From positions 864,001 through 928,000 of the forward strand of contig OZ252239.1 of assembly GCA_965249485.1 (NCBI GenBank): a DNA stretch of 64,000 nt. Direction: 5' to 3'. The notes beneath the pieces are model-generated. The model searched no databases. It was not told the DNA's origin and was given only the letters and a program-made list of their open reading frames with translations. The position numbers and the translations under genes are program-made. Positions 42,219-52,312 of this stretch are shown here, piece by piece (position 1 is the stretch's first letter; each line of letters opens with the position of its first letter). The DNA comes from a bacterium. Lineage in GTDB: Bacteria; SM23-31.

Positions 42219-43541
42219 TTAATCCAAATTTCTTCCGATACTGAAACTGAGCTGTGCGGCAGCTCTCTGCATGTCCGCAACTAATTCCGAGTGCCTGATC
42301 TGCGCATTGTTTAGTTCCCTCATAGTATTTAAAACAAACAGATACGATTCTTCTCCGGCTTCATTTGCTACTTTCGCGAGATCAACAGCTTTTTCAAGCG
42401 AAGGAATAATATCACTATCCCACAGAGTGAATTCTTTCTGAATCTGAAGGTACCGGTCATATGCTTCCTGTGTTTCCAGAATAATCTTGTGTCTGATTGC
42501 GACATAATTTCGAGCAGTCTGCTCGAGATCTGCCTGTGCACGGGATACGGCACCGTTATTTTGATTGAAAATCGGAATCGCGATCTGTGCCCCTGGGCCG
42601 ATGCTAAAATTCTCTTCCCCTTTATCTTCACCGTCGATAATTCCGATAAGCCGGATAATCCGCGACCGCTCCAGACCGACCCGTTTCCCGGCCGATTCTA
42701 TTGACAATTCTGCAGCACGGAGGTCAGGCCGAGAGGCAAATGCGGTTTCCAGTATTTTATCAAATGGTTTCAGATTGAGAGATGGGGCAGAAGTAGGGGA
42801 AATATTGAGCTCTGATCCATTCGTTTCCATACCCATCAGATTGAACAAACGGTGTCTGGCGATAGTAGCTTCATGTTTGCGCTGAATGACTGTATCATCT
42901 GCTTTGCGTGCATCTACTTGAACAGCAGTAGCATCGAGGTCACTGATATCACCTGTGTCGAAACGTATCCGGCTGATTACCGCGATCCGGTTCCGGATCT
43001 CTGCATCTCTTTCTGCGTAAATTACATGCTCCTGCGATAAAATCAGATCGGTGTATGCTGTTCGTACATTCCGAATAAGACCGAGGCCGTGCTGTACAAG
43101 ATTTTCCGAAACGGCTTCTGCATTGAGGAGTGCTGCAGCCTTGCGCCTGGGTCGTTGCCACAGGACATCGATAGGAAACGTAAGAGTCGTCTCGAGCTGT
43201 TTTGGGCCTGTTGGAAAGAGAACCGATAAAACCGGATTGGACAAGAGACTCGCTTCAACCAGATCGGCGCGGACAAAACCGAGAGCCCCAAGGTCTACTT
43301 GAAATTGCGCGTTGTTCCAGAGAGCTGTTGCTACCGCTTCACCCTGTGTGAGCCCGTCTGCGAACAGCACTCCATCCGGAATTGAAAACTCTCCAGGCTC
43401 TGATAAATCACCGAGCTCAAAATCAACCCGTTCTTTTACTTCATCAGAGATATACCCGCGGTTATGAGGAGTTTGTACTGCACAGCCCGCGAAAAACAGT
43501 GTCAGAATGACACAAATAATGTTTTTCATCATATAGTGCAC
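42219..43541 (-). CDS. TolC-family outer membrane efflux protein
   Basis: FAGC lipobox, AVATALWNN, RPDLRAA, IPIFNQN.G. Confidence 0.9.
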   Translation of the reverse strand: MHYMMKNIICVILTLFFAGCAVQTPHNRGYISDEVKERVDFELGDLSEPGEFSIPDGVLFADGLTQGEAVATALWNNAQFQVDLGALGFVRADLVEASLLSNPVLSVLFPTGPKQLETTLTFPIDVLWQRPRRKAAALLNAEAVSENLVQHGLGLIRNVRTAYTDLILSQEHVIYAERDAEIRNRIAVISRIRFDTGDISDLDATAVQVDARKADDTVIQRKHEATIARHRLFNLMGMETNGSELNISPTSAPSLNLKPFDKILETAFASRPDLRAAELSIESAGKRVGLERSRIIRLIGIIDGEDKGEENFSIGPGAQIAIPIFNQNNGAVSRAQADLEQTARNYVAIRHKIILETQEAYDRYLQIQKEFTLWDSDIIPSLEKAVDLAKVANEAGEESYLFVLNTMRELNNAQIRHSELVADMQRAAAQLSFSIGRNLD

Positions 43542-43700
43542 CTGTTTTGATAGCGAATAAGTATAAATTCAGTGAAAGATTAAAATACGATAGGATTGCA
43601 ATGTATAAAATATACTCATTTGCTACTGTATTATTCAATGAAAAGAAAATATATTACAATAACTTAATAAAAACCGGAAAGGATGTTGAATAAATAGTGC

Positions 43701-43740
43701 AAAAAAGGCAGATGAGTAAAACATTCTCATCTGCCTTTTT
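43701..43740 (-). terminator. Rho-independent terminator
   Basis: AAAAAAGGCAGATGAG...CTCATCTGCCTTTTT. Confidence 0.82.
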
Positions 43741-43767
43741 GAAAGTATTAAGATGAAACCCGATCAT

Positions 43768-45117
43768 CTAAGGAATAATAATAATATTCTCAGTAAAAGG
43801 ATAGAGCGGTTCGACACCTTTGTTCGTCACAATCGAATTGTCCTCGAGGTTGATGCTCAGGACACGATTCCATTCCGGTACGAATGTATGGACCATAAAT
43901 TCCAGTGAGAACAAGTGGTTTTCCTGAATAGTGAACTGACGCCGGTACGGGCGGAATGGTGCCATAGAAGCGCCGACGGCGAATTCACTCCGGCCATTAT
44001 TCCCGACCGGATGGCAGTCGACCGATACACCTGACTGTTCCGAATCACCGATCGCACTGACCATTACTCTATCCAGCGATCCGATATCAGTAAACGGTGT
44101 GTAAATATAGTCCGCGTCTTCCAGACTCGACACCATTTTCTTAAGTGTCTCTCCACCAGTCTTCCCGACTTTGATGGCTTTCCGGAGAATATCACGGGCG
44201 ATCTGAGCGCGCTCCCATGCCTTCTTGAGTCCGGCCGGAACATCAATTTCACCTTCTCTTAGAATATAGCCGTACTGTTTATTGTCAGTGCCGTAGTTCA
44301 GATAATTAATACCGAAGTCCCACCCCAGAAAATCGCCCCGGCGGTAAATATCACCATGCTCTTCACGGGGAACACCCGAGTGGGAAACACCTGGCGCAGT
44401 TGGACCACCCCAATTGGTTGTGAGATTGTGTTTCATAAGCTGGTCCTGTACCCACCATCCGAGATCTTCTCTCGTTGTGACATTCGGGACAATCCGCCGG
44501 TACGCTTCTCCCATGATCCGCCGCTGAATCTCGGCCATACGTCCGTATGCAAGAACTTCCGACTGGACTCTCCGCACGCGAAAATCCATCATAAACCGCT
44601 CGGCTGACACAGTCCGGTCAGCATACTTTTCGCCGAGAAGTCTCATCATTCTGTGATAAGCAGTATACTGCAGCGAATTCGACGCGGGAAGCCAATCGGA
44701 AATTTCGATAGCAATTCTTTTTGGATCACGCTCTCTCACAAACTCACCCAGATCAGCCTCATGCCCAAAGATATCATATAGTTCGGGATCGCCGCTACCG
44801 CCGAGAACGGCACGCTCAATCCTGTCACCACCCCGATCGGTGAATATGAAAAAGTTCAGCGTGTCGGTCACAGACCAATGCGGTCTAGCACCGATGTCAT
44901 GAGCAAGAATATCGGGCAATCCCTCGGTTGCCACATGGATCCACATGTCGATATCGTTGTCTCGCATCGCGCCGGGTAGCACAAGGTTGAGCTTTTCCTT
45001 CTGGATCATTTTCATCCATTCGTAACGTGCTCGTGCCTCGCTCTGCGCCCGCACATTGCTCCCGTTCAGGAGCGTACAAACTGAAAGCAGTACTAGAAAA
45101 AACTTCACTGTACGCAT
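43768..45117 (-). CDS. Secreted M24-family metallopeptidase (third paralog)
   Basis: LPGAMR..IDMWI, WDFG..TD, CHPVG, SLE, LEDN. Confidence 0.85.
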   Translation of the reverse strand: MRTVKFFLVLLSVCTLLNGSNVRAQSEARARYEWMKMIQKEKLNLVLPGAMRDNDIDMWIHVATEGLPDILAHDIGARPHWSVTDTLNFFIFTDRGGDRIERAVLGGSGDPELYDIFGHEADLGEFVRERDPKRIAIEISDWLPASNSLQYTAYHRMMRLLGEKYADRTVSAERFMMDFRVRRVQSEVLAYGRMAEIQRRIMGEAYRRIVPNVTTREDLGWWVQDQLMKHNLTTNWGGPTAPGVSHSGVPREEHGDIYRRGDFLGWDFGINYLNYGTDNKQYGYILREGEIDVPAGLKKAWERAQIARDILRKAIKVGKTGGETLKKMVSSLEDADYIYTPFTDIGSLDRVMVSAIGDSEQSGVSVDCHPVGNNGRSEFAVGASMAPFRPYRRQFTIQENHLFSLEFMVHTFVPEWNRVLSINLEDNSIVTNKGVEPLYPFTENIIIIP

Positions 45118-45416
45118 TGCAATTCCTCCCTATAATGGTGTTACGATTCCTCTTGCAACGGAATTACCTTTAGAAAGAGAAAACGGTATTTAGATAATAC
45201 TATTGGTTATAATTAATGACATTGTTTAGAATAAAGGTGAAGTAGTACGGTTGGTGACGTAATAATACGGGAAAAGAGTTAGAGAGTCAAGAAAAGATTG
45301 GGCTAAAAATCGAATTTAAATAATTGTGCATTCCGTGATATTGTACAAAAGTACAAGAAATTCGGATGTGCTTAATGTGATTGTGTTTCATAAAGTAATG
45401 AAGAATAACTCAGATG

Positions 45417-45929
45417 TCACGTCTGCTCGGTTTTGTAGAGTTTGAATCCATGATTGCGGTAGTTTTTCAGTGCATATGGGTGGTCTTCGGTGCAGGTGTG
45501 TACCCAAATTCGAGTGGTCAGGGGGTTTGACCAGGCCTGTTCAACTGCGGCCAAAAGGAGCGGCCCGCCAAGCCCTTTTTTTATGAACCGTGAAAGCAGA
45601 CCGAAGTAGACGATTTCAACATTTCCGCTATCTTGAAATTGCAGCTCAAAAAATCCAGCGGCTTGATCGTTCAAATATCCGAGCCATGTTTCCAGATTCT
45701 GATTGTGAGCATACTGACCCCACTCCTCATCGGACCATACAAGCCGGTCAGTCCATCCCCATTTTTCTCCGACTTCTTTGTAATACTGCTCGTTGATCTT
45801 TGGATCAGGAGGATTCACCATCGACACACTGAATCCCGGCGGCGATTCCTTCCGTAGTAGTGCATCCTGATTGAGCATTTCAAGATAATATGTTGTAAGA
45901 CCTTCGATCATAGAACTCACCATGTTCAC
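45417..45929 (-). CDS. GNAT N-acetyltransferase
   Basis: EIVYFGL...FI.KGLG..LL, WVHTCT.DHP.AL.NY...GF. Confidence 0.88.
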   Translation of the reverse strand: MNMVSSMIEGLTTYYLEMLNQDALLRKESPPGFSVSMVNPPDPKINEQYYKEVGEKWGWTDRLVWSDEEWGQYAHNQNLETWLGYLNDQAAGFFELQFQDSGNVEIVYFGLLSRFIKKGLGGPLLLAAVEQAWSNPLTTRIWVHTCTEDHPYALKNYRNHGFKLYKTEQT

Positions 45930-45936
45930 TGCTTAA

Positions 45937-46507
45937 TTATGACTGCACAATGCGGTTAAAATGGTATGATTTCGTACCTGTTTCATACGTGGTTTGTACA
46001 AGTCCGTTTGCATAGGAATTAGTAGAAACATGTCGTAACTTCAGGTCAATTTTTAACGGTCCGAACAGAGGAATGCCACAACCAAGTAGGACCGGTATGG
46101 TTGTTATAATCAGTTGATCGACCAGCTCTACATCCAGAAAAGACCGGATGGTCAAACCACCGTCTACAATAGATATGCTTTATTCCCGAATCATGAGCAT
46201 ATGAGACCACCTCATGCGGTGAGCAATTTTTCACTTCAACGTCTTTGGTAAGTTCCTCAGACAGAATTAATTCCCTTGACGTCAGGACAATCACCTTCGT
46301 TTCGGTATATGGCCACGGATCAAAGCTTACACATTGATCAAAAGTGTTCCTGCCCATAATAATGGCATCAACCGAATCCACAAAGGCGGTATAGCCATAA
46401 TCTTCTCCTGCTGATTCTACATTCAGCCAGTCGAGATCGCCATCCTGCCGGGCGATATACCCGTCAAGGCTCTGCGCAATATATACCGATATTTTCGGTC
46501 TGTTCAT
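45937..46507 (-). pseudogene. Dihydrofolate reductase-like (RibD C-terminal) protein, +1 frameshift at ~46168
   Basis: IAQSLDGYIA, MGRNTF; HIY-[extra T]-VDGGLTIRSFL; IPVLLG.GIPLF. Confidence 0.83.
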
Positions 46508-47598
46508 CGTTTGTTTTTCTTGTGTTTTATAACCGATTTAATCATTTTTCCGAACTGCCTGTCTTTCTGCCGTTTTTCCAGATAAGACATCTCGTTATAG
46601 TCCGACTCTTTTCCCATTTTTATGTAATTGTGGTATCGCGCACGGGGGAGTGTGTTGTCTTCGACCGCTTTTAGGACTGCGCATCCTTTTTCATGAATAT
46701 GGGAGCAGTCGCTGAACTGGCATTCTTCCGATAGTTCGGCTATCTCAGAAAACGCCTCATTGAGACCCGATTCAACAGAGAACATACCGAGTTCCCGGAT
46801 ACCGGGAGTATCAATAATCATCGCGCCGGACTTCAGCCATATCAATTGACGGTGTGATGTTGTGTGCCGCCCTCTGCTGTCTTTTTCCCGTACAGCTTGC
46901 GTTTCGAAGAGCAATTCACCGATGAGATTGTTGAGCAGCGTAGTCTTGCCGACACCGGATGAACCCACAAGACAATACGTCTGTCCGGAAACAAGTACAT
47001 TTTGAACATCAGCAAATCCCATTTTATTCTCATTACTGAATGGGTATACCGGTAGGTGCGGCATTATGCCCTTAATGTCTGCGATCCTGCTTTCAATGTC
47101 CTCAGGAGATAGCAAATCGCTTTTGCTCAGTAGTACAACCGGTCGGATGCCGCCGTCGGAAATCATGACGAGATACCGTTCCAGACGCCGGAGATTGAAA
47201 TTCGCATCCAAAGATTGAACAATAAATGCTGTGTCGATATTTGCGGCAATAAGCTGAATATCGACCGTTTTTCCCGGTGTTTTTCTTTTGAGCAGGGATT
47301 TTCTCGGCAGAATTTCATGGATAATTGCCGAAGTGTTTTCGTTGTAAAACTGTGCATATACCCAATCGCCGACCGTCGGAAAATCGATTGGTGATTCTGT
47401 GCTGTAGGTAAATTTGCCGACCAGCTCCGCAAACACATCGTACTCTCCATTGGTTACAACAAAGCTGTCTTTATGGACGGCAATCACTCTCGCCGGTTCA
47501 AATTCCGTCAGTTTCACCGTGTCGGCATTATCCTGAGACCAGGAATCAAAACCAAGATTTTTTAGAGTATCAGTTACTTCTTTCATAAGAAATTCCAA
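46504..47598 (-). CDS. rsgA: Ribosome small subunit-dependent GTPase A
   Basis: SKSD, GSSGVGKTT, RGRHTT, DTPG, CQFSDCSH.HE.GC. Confidence 0.93.
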   Translation of the reverse strand: MEFLMKEVTDTLKNLGFDSWSQDNADTVKLTEFEPARVIAVHKDSFVVTNGEYDVFAELVGKFTYSTESPIDFPTVGDWVYAQFYNENTSAIIHEILPRKSLLKRKTPGKTVDIQLIAANIDTAFIVQSLDANFNLRRLERYLVMISDGGIRPVVLLSKSDLLSPEDIESRIADIKGIMPHLPVYPFSNENKMGFADVQNVLVSGQTYCLVGSSGVGKTTLLNNLIGELLFETQAVREKDSRGRHTTSHRQLIWLKSGAMIIDTPGIRELGMFSVESGLNEAFSEIAELSEECQFSDCSHIHEKGCAVLKAVEDNTLPRARYHNYIKMGKESDYNEMSYLEKRQKDRQFGKMIKSVIKHKKNKR

Positions 47599-47685
47599 AA
47601 ATCACAAAACAAATAAGGTTCCAAATTTGAAACTATGCATCTTACTACTTCTCACGGAATTTTTCAAGAGAAAATGGTATAAAAA

Positions 47686-48567
47686 TCATTCTGTTTTCAT
47701 GAATCGGTGTAAAAGCGAAGGGAGGATAAAGACAGAAGTGAGGTAACAGAGACCGATACCAAGACAGACGAGAATACCGAGGCTTGCATACCCCCGGTAT
47801 ATTGACGGAATGAGTGAGCCGAATCCAAGCAATGTCGTAACGGTCGTGAGGGTGATTGATTTGCCAATGCTCGAAACGGTATACGATAGTTTTTTCCTGC
47901 CCTCTGCACGGTACCGGTGAATTACATGGACACCGTCAATATCTTCCACATCCCGCTGAAGTAACGTTTTGAGCAGGAAATCGGGATTATCATCTTCGTA
48001 GTAATCGACCTTCCAAATGACGGAAGAACCCCTGTCGGTCCAGATAATAAGCCGGGAGTAATTTGAATTGATCTCCTCACGTAGCGTCAGTTCGACGACA
48101 AAACAATCATGGCCTTCAAACCTCTCATCATCGAGCCGGACATGCGTATAGTCGTTCAGAAAACTGTCTCCCGATCCCAGATCTTCATAGGCAAAATCGC
48201 TCCCCTGCATTTTCTGCTTTTTCGCATGAGTTGCCAATTTTCTCACTCTGTCGGTGCGCGGGTCATAACTCCAGATGTCATCCGCATTGTTCAGCATCAA
48301 CGTTGCCTGATCCTTTATTCTGCGCGGTCCTGTATACCGTATTAAATTCTTTTCTCCACGATTATTTGACCACGAATTGTAGAATAATTCCCTCGCCTTA
48401 CCCGATGATGTGGTCATAGTGAGTTTGACTTGCGCATACATGCTTTCCTGATGAAGAACTGCTGTTGCCCGTTCAATAATATCATATGCAGTGATGTCTT
48501 GTGAATAGAGAGGAACTGCTAAGAAAAACATCAGCAGAATCACGAACATTGTTTGCAATGTGCTCAT
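47686..48567 (-). pseudogene. Apparent deletion fusion: outer-membrane lipoprotein-sorting (LolA-like) protein joined to the last TM helices of an MMPL/RND transporter
   Basis: MQGSDFAYEDL, YSR...W.D and KVDYY..LLK are followed directly by DGVHVIHRY..GKSITLTTVTTLLGFGSL..LP.LL. Confidence 0.7.
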
Positions 48568-48718
48568 AATAACTCCGCACAAGAATTTCTGAACAGGTAT
48601 ACCTGAAATTTTCATTAATTTAGTTGCTCTATATGCTATTGCGAACCCCGTTCATTGGAATTTAACAGTCTCTGATTCCAATATTTTTAGAATACTTTAA
48701 AAATCACTCAATCATATA

Positions 48719-49363
48719 TTATATTGTAACTGATTTTGTTTCCATCAATTGTTCCAAGGCTATCCCTCGGAGAAATACATTAAAAAACGAGTCTGATAAA
48801 GTGGTCAAATCGATACTACTCTTGTCGAGCATCCACTGTAGAATGATTCCGTCGAGCGCCCCGATCAGGAATGCCGCGGTTTCATGCGGGTCGACATCGC
48901 GAAACACACCTTTTTTAATTCCCGACTCAATGATCGGTGCAATCTGCCCCCTGTACTCTGAATAGACCTGGGCCATACTGAATAGCTTTTCCGATTCGGA
49001 ATCTCTGCTCCTGATACCTTCTGCCCAGAAATCGGTCAATAATTCGAGATACTCAAATGAGGTTTCTTCCAGAACCTCAATCCATGAATCGATAAGTGCT
49101 TTCAGCCGGTCTGCCGGATCGTACAGGTTCTTCATTTTGCTGATCTGGACCTGCCCGACTTCATGCCTGAACTTATCGAATGCTCCGGCCAAAATGTCAT
49201 TCTTGCTCTCGAAGTATTCGTAGACTGTTCCCTTTCCAATGCCGGCAGCTTCCGCAATTTCGGCGATAGTGACTTCACGGAATCCTCTGCGTGCAATGAC
49301 CCGCATAGCCGCACCCAATATCTCGTTTTTTTTAATGTCTTTATCGATGATTTTTGGACTCAT
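48719..49363 (-). CDS. TetR/AcrR family transcriptional regulator
   Basis: ILGAA..V.A.RGF..VTIAEIAEAAGIGKGTVYEYFESK. Confidence 0.95.
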   Translation of the reverse strand: MSPKIIDKDIKKNEILGAAMRVIARRGFREVTIAEIAEAAGIGKGTVYEYFESKNDILAGAFDKFRHEVGQVQISKMKNLYDPADRLKALIDSWIEVLEETSFEYLELLTDFWAEGIRSRDSESEKLFSMAQVYSEYRGQIAPIIESGIKKGVFRDVDPHETAAFLIGALDGIILQWMLDKSSIDLTTLSDSFFNVFLRGIALEQLMETKSVTI

Positions 49364-49383
49364 TTCCTAGGTTCCTTTTATAT

Positions 49384-49431
49384 TGACCGACCGTTCGGTC
49401 ATAATATACAAATAGTTTCGTTCGGACGCAA
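49384..49431 (-). promoter_or_regulatory. tetR promoter with 7-4-7 palindromic operator
   Basis: TGACCGA-CCGT-TCGGTCA (49384-49401) just downstream of minus-strand TTGCGT-N17-TATATT. Confidence 0.7.
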
Positions 49432-49729
49432 GAAAAAAGATTACAAACTGTTTAACGTAGTGTGTTTATCCGCAGAAAGGTGAAATTGATGTGTCTAATG
49501 TGGTAATTGTGAAATATTGCTATATAAAGAGGAGACCGTATTTGTACAATGAGTGGTTTATATGGTTGAACCAAATGAAAAAGGTATGGAATTACTTGCG
49601 TTCTGATAAAGACTTATGATGCCGTTTGCGTAATAAACCATTGCTGAGGATGGAAGAGAAATGAATATGTTTTTGATTCCTATGTGTTTCCGAAAATATT
49701 CAATTCTGTTCGGCTCGGGAAAAATTCAT

Positions 49730-51409
49730 TTACTCAAACACATCGGTAACACATCCCTGATGTGCCGGAGATACGTTTGCAATATATTTTCTCAGGGTAC
49801 CTTTTTCCGCTTTCAGTGGTGGTGCCTGCCACTGTGATCGCCGCCTGTCCATCTCTGCATCATCAATTGCGACAGACAGTTCGTTATTATCGGCATCGAT
49901 AGTGATAATATCTCCTTCTTTGACGAGTGCGATCGGTCCGCCTTCCTGTGCTTCGGGAGTGACATGTCCGACAACAAAACCATGTGTTCCGCCTGAAAAC
50001 CGTCCATCGGTGATAAGGGCAACATCGTTACCGAGTCCGGCACCAATAATCGCGGATGTTACTGTCAACATTTCACTCATACCCGGACCACCTTTCGGGC
50101 CCTCATACCGGATCACAATCACATCACCCTTTTCGATTTTTTTCTGCTCGAGTGCAGCAAGTGTTTCCTCTTCTGATTCGTACACTTTTGCAGGACCGCT
50201 GAACCGCTCCCCTTCTTTTCCGGTTATCTTTGCCACTGAACTGGTCGGTGAAAGATTTCCGTATAGAATTTGAATATGCCCCGTCGGTTTAATAGGATCA
50301 CTGAATGAATAGATAACATTTTGATCCTCTGAAAGGGGTGCGGCAGAATCCAGGTTTTCTGCAAGTGTTTTTCCGGTGACTGTCATACAGTCACCATGGA
50401 GCAATCCCTTTTCGAGAAGCATTTTCTGAACAGCTGGAACACCCCCTACTTTATGCAGATCTTCCATGAGATACTGGCCGCTTGGTTTCAGGTTGGCAAG
50501 AAAAGGTGTTTTATCACTGATTGCCTGAAAATCGTCAACTGTCAGCGGGATATCAACCGATTTAGCAATCGCGATCAAATGGAGAACCGCATTGGTCGAT
50601 CCTCCGAGAATCATAACGACCGTAATGGCATTCTCAAATGCCTCGCGCGTCATAATATCGCGGGGTTTCAGGTCCTGTTCAAGTAATGCCTTCATAGTCT
50701 GAGCGGCGTTCATCGTTTCATTCAATTTTTCCTCGCTCTCGGCGGGATTGGATGAACTGTACGGCAGAGTCATACCGAGGGTCTCTATAGCGGAAGCCAT
50801 CGTGTTTGCCGTGTACATTCCGCCACACGCTCCGGCACCGGGGCATGACCGTTTGAAAATTTCAGTCAACTGCTCACGATCGATTTTACCGCTGAAATAC
50901 TCGCCGTACGCCTGGAACGACGACACAATATCGAGATCTTTCCCGTCGAGATGACCCGGTTTAATGGTTCCGCCATAGATCATAAGTCCCGGACGGTTCA
51001 TCCTGCCGAGTGCCATGAGACAACCCGGCATATTCTTATCGCAGCCAGGAATCGTAACAAGACCGTCGTACCACTGCGCATTGACAACCGTTTCGATCGA
51101 ATCTGCAATAATATCACGGGATTGGAGTGAATAATTCATACCCTCGGTTCCCATCGAAATGCCATCGCTCACACCGATCGTATTGAATACAAGGCCGACC
51201 ATATCGTTTTTCCAGACAGCCTTCCTGACCTGGGCTGCAAGACCGTTAAGGTGCATATTACACGTATTCCCCTCAAATCCCATACTGGCAATACCGATCT
51301 GAGGTTTATTCATATCTTCTTCTTTCAGTCCCACACCATAAAGCATAGCCTGTGATGCAGCCTGCGACAAACGCTGGGTTATTCGTTTGCTGTATTTATT
51401 TAATTCCAT
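49730..51409 (-). CDS. ilvD: Dihydroxy-acid dehydratase
   Basis: [54 protein letters not shown]. Confidence 0.97.
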   Translation of the reverse strand: MELNKYSKRITQRLSQAASQAMLYGVGLKEEDMNKPQIGIASMGFEGNTCNMHLNGLAAQVRKAVWKNDMVGLVFNTIGVSDGISMGTEGMNYSLQSRDIIADSIETVVNAQWYDGLVTIPGCDKNMPGCLMALGRMNRPGLMIYGGTIKPGHLDGKDLDIVSSFQAYGEYFSGKIDREQLTEIFKRSCPGAGACGGMYTANTMASAIETLGMTLPYSSSNPAESEEKLNETMNAAQTMKALLEQDLKPRDIMTREAFENAITVVMILGGSTNAVLHLIAIAKSVDIPLTVDDFQAISDKTPFLANLKPSGQYLMEDLHKVGGVPAVQKMLLEKGLLHGDCMTVTGKTLAENLDSAAPLSEDQNVIYSFSDPIKPTGHIQILYGNLSPTSSVAKITGKEGERFSGPAKVYESEEETLAALEQKKIEKGDVIVIRYEGPKGGPGMSEMLTVTSAIIGAGLGNDVALITDGRFSGGTHGFVVGHVTPEAQEGGPIALVKEGDIITIDADNNELSVAIDDAEMDRRRSQWQAPPLKAEKGTLRKYIANVSPAHQGCVTDVFE

Positions 51410-51776
51410 TATTCACTCCTCAGTGATTACGACGACAAGATATGATTTTTTTAGATAATTCGGATGGCAAAATTAATGAATAATATAGCCAAATTAACCT
51501 AACCTTCAAAGATTTTATTTTTGAACATTATGTTAATTTGGTATTGGTATATTTAATTGAAGCAAGGTGAAATACTAGTCCCGAATGTGTTTTGAGACGT
51601 TTGATTTTATGTGGAAAAAACCTCATGATCTTTGTATGAAGTTTGACAAGGTATTAATGTTATTGCGAAAATAATTATTAGTATTGTAAATGACTCTAAC
51701 TGATATACGGAAGATATTGCCGTTTTTCTGACTCGCATTTATCAAAGTTCAGGATTTTTCAGCATAAAATTTTTCA

Positions 51777-51792
51777 TGGCACAGTACTTGCA
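51777..51792 (+). promoter_or_regulatory. sigma54 -24/-12 promoter candidate
   Basis: TGGCAC-AGTAC-TTGCA is a full consensus match. Confidence 0.5.
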
Positions 51793-51951
51793 GAATAAAT
51801 CTTTACCGGTCTCTATTTACAGTGAGATATGTTCAATGCTTGATGGATATTCAACTGTTATTATTGATAAATTGATCAAAGTTTATACGTAATATTCGTG
51901 TTCGTAAGAAGCTATAACATCAGAAAAAATACACATTTAAATTAATTTTTC

Positions 51952-51979
51952 TTGACATTCGTTAATTAATTTATAAAAT
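51952..51979 (+). promoter_or_regulatory. sigma70 promoter candidate for the ilvB leader
   Basis: TTGACA-N16-TAAAAT. Confidence 0.6.
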
Positions 51980-52023
51980 TAACCGAACATAGTACATAGA
52001 GAAACAATACATTTTCTAAAGTA

Positions 52024-52191
52024 ATGATGATGAATCCTACACGAGTACAAGACATACGATTACAAGCCTTGCGGAGCAACACAAGCTCTGTTCACAGGAA
52101 TCGTCTGTCTTCTGCTTTGCTACTTGGTTTAGACCTGATTTTACTTAGCCTCCTTAGTATAGGAGTTGCTTCTGGACTTATTTTTAGATAA
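52024..52191 (+). CDS. Putative ilv-leu operon leader peptide (55 aa)
   Basis: MMMNPTRVQDIRLQALRSNTSSVHRNRLSSALLLGLDLILLSLLSIGVASGLIFR; the Leu/Ile/Val tract uses all six Leu codons. Confidence 0.7.
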   Translation: MMMNPTRVQDIRLQALRSNTSSVHRNRLSSALLLGLDLILLSLLSIGVASGLIFR

Positions 52192-52311
52192 GAAACCAGA
52201 GGTCAATTCCTACAACCTTCATACACAAAACCTTTTTTTCCTTGAACATTTTTTCTTAGATTGTAGAATTGACCTTTGGCATGGTTATATATATTAAAAT
52301 GGGGTGTGCCA
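52160..52311 (+). promoter_or_regulatory. Attenuator-like alternative RNA structure
   Basis: 52196-52215 can pair with either 52160-52175 or 52261-52279. Confidence 0.7.
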
Positions 52312-52312
52312 G

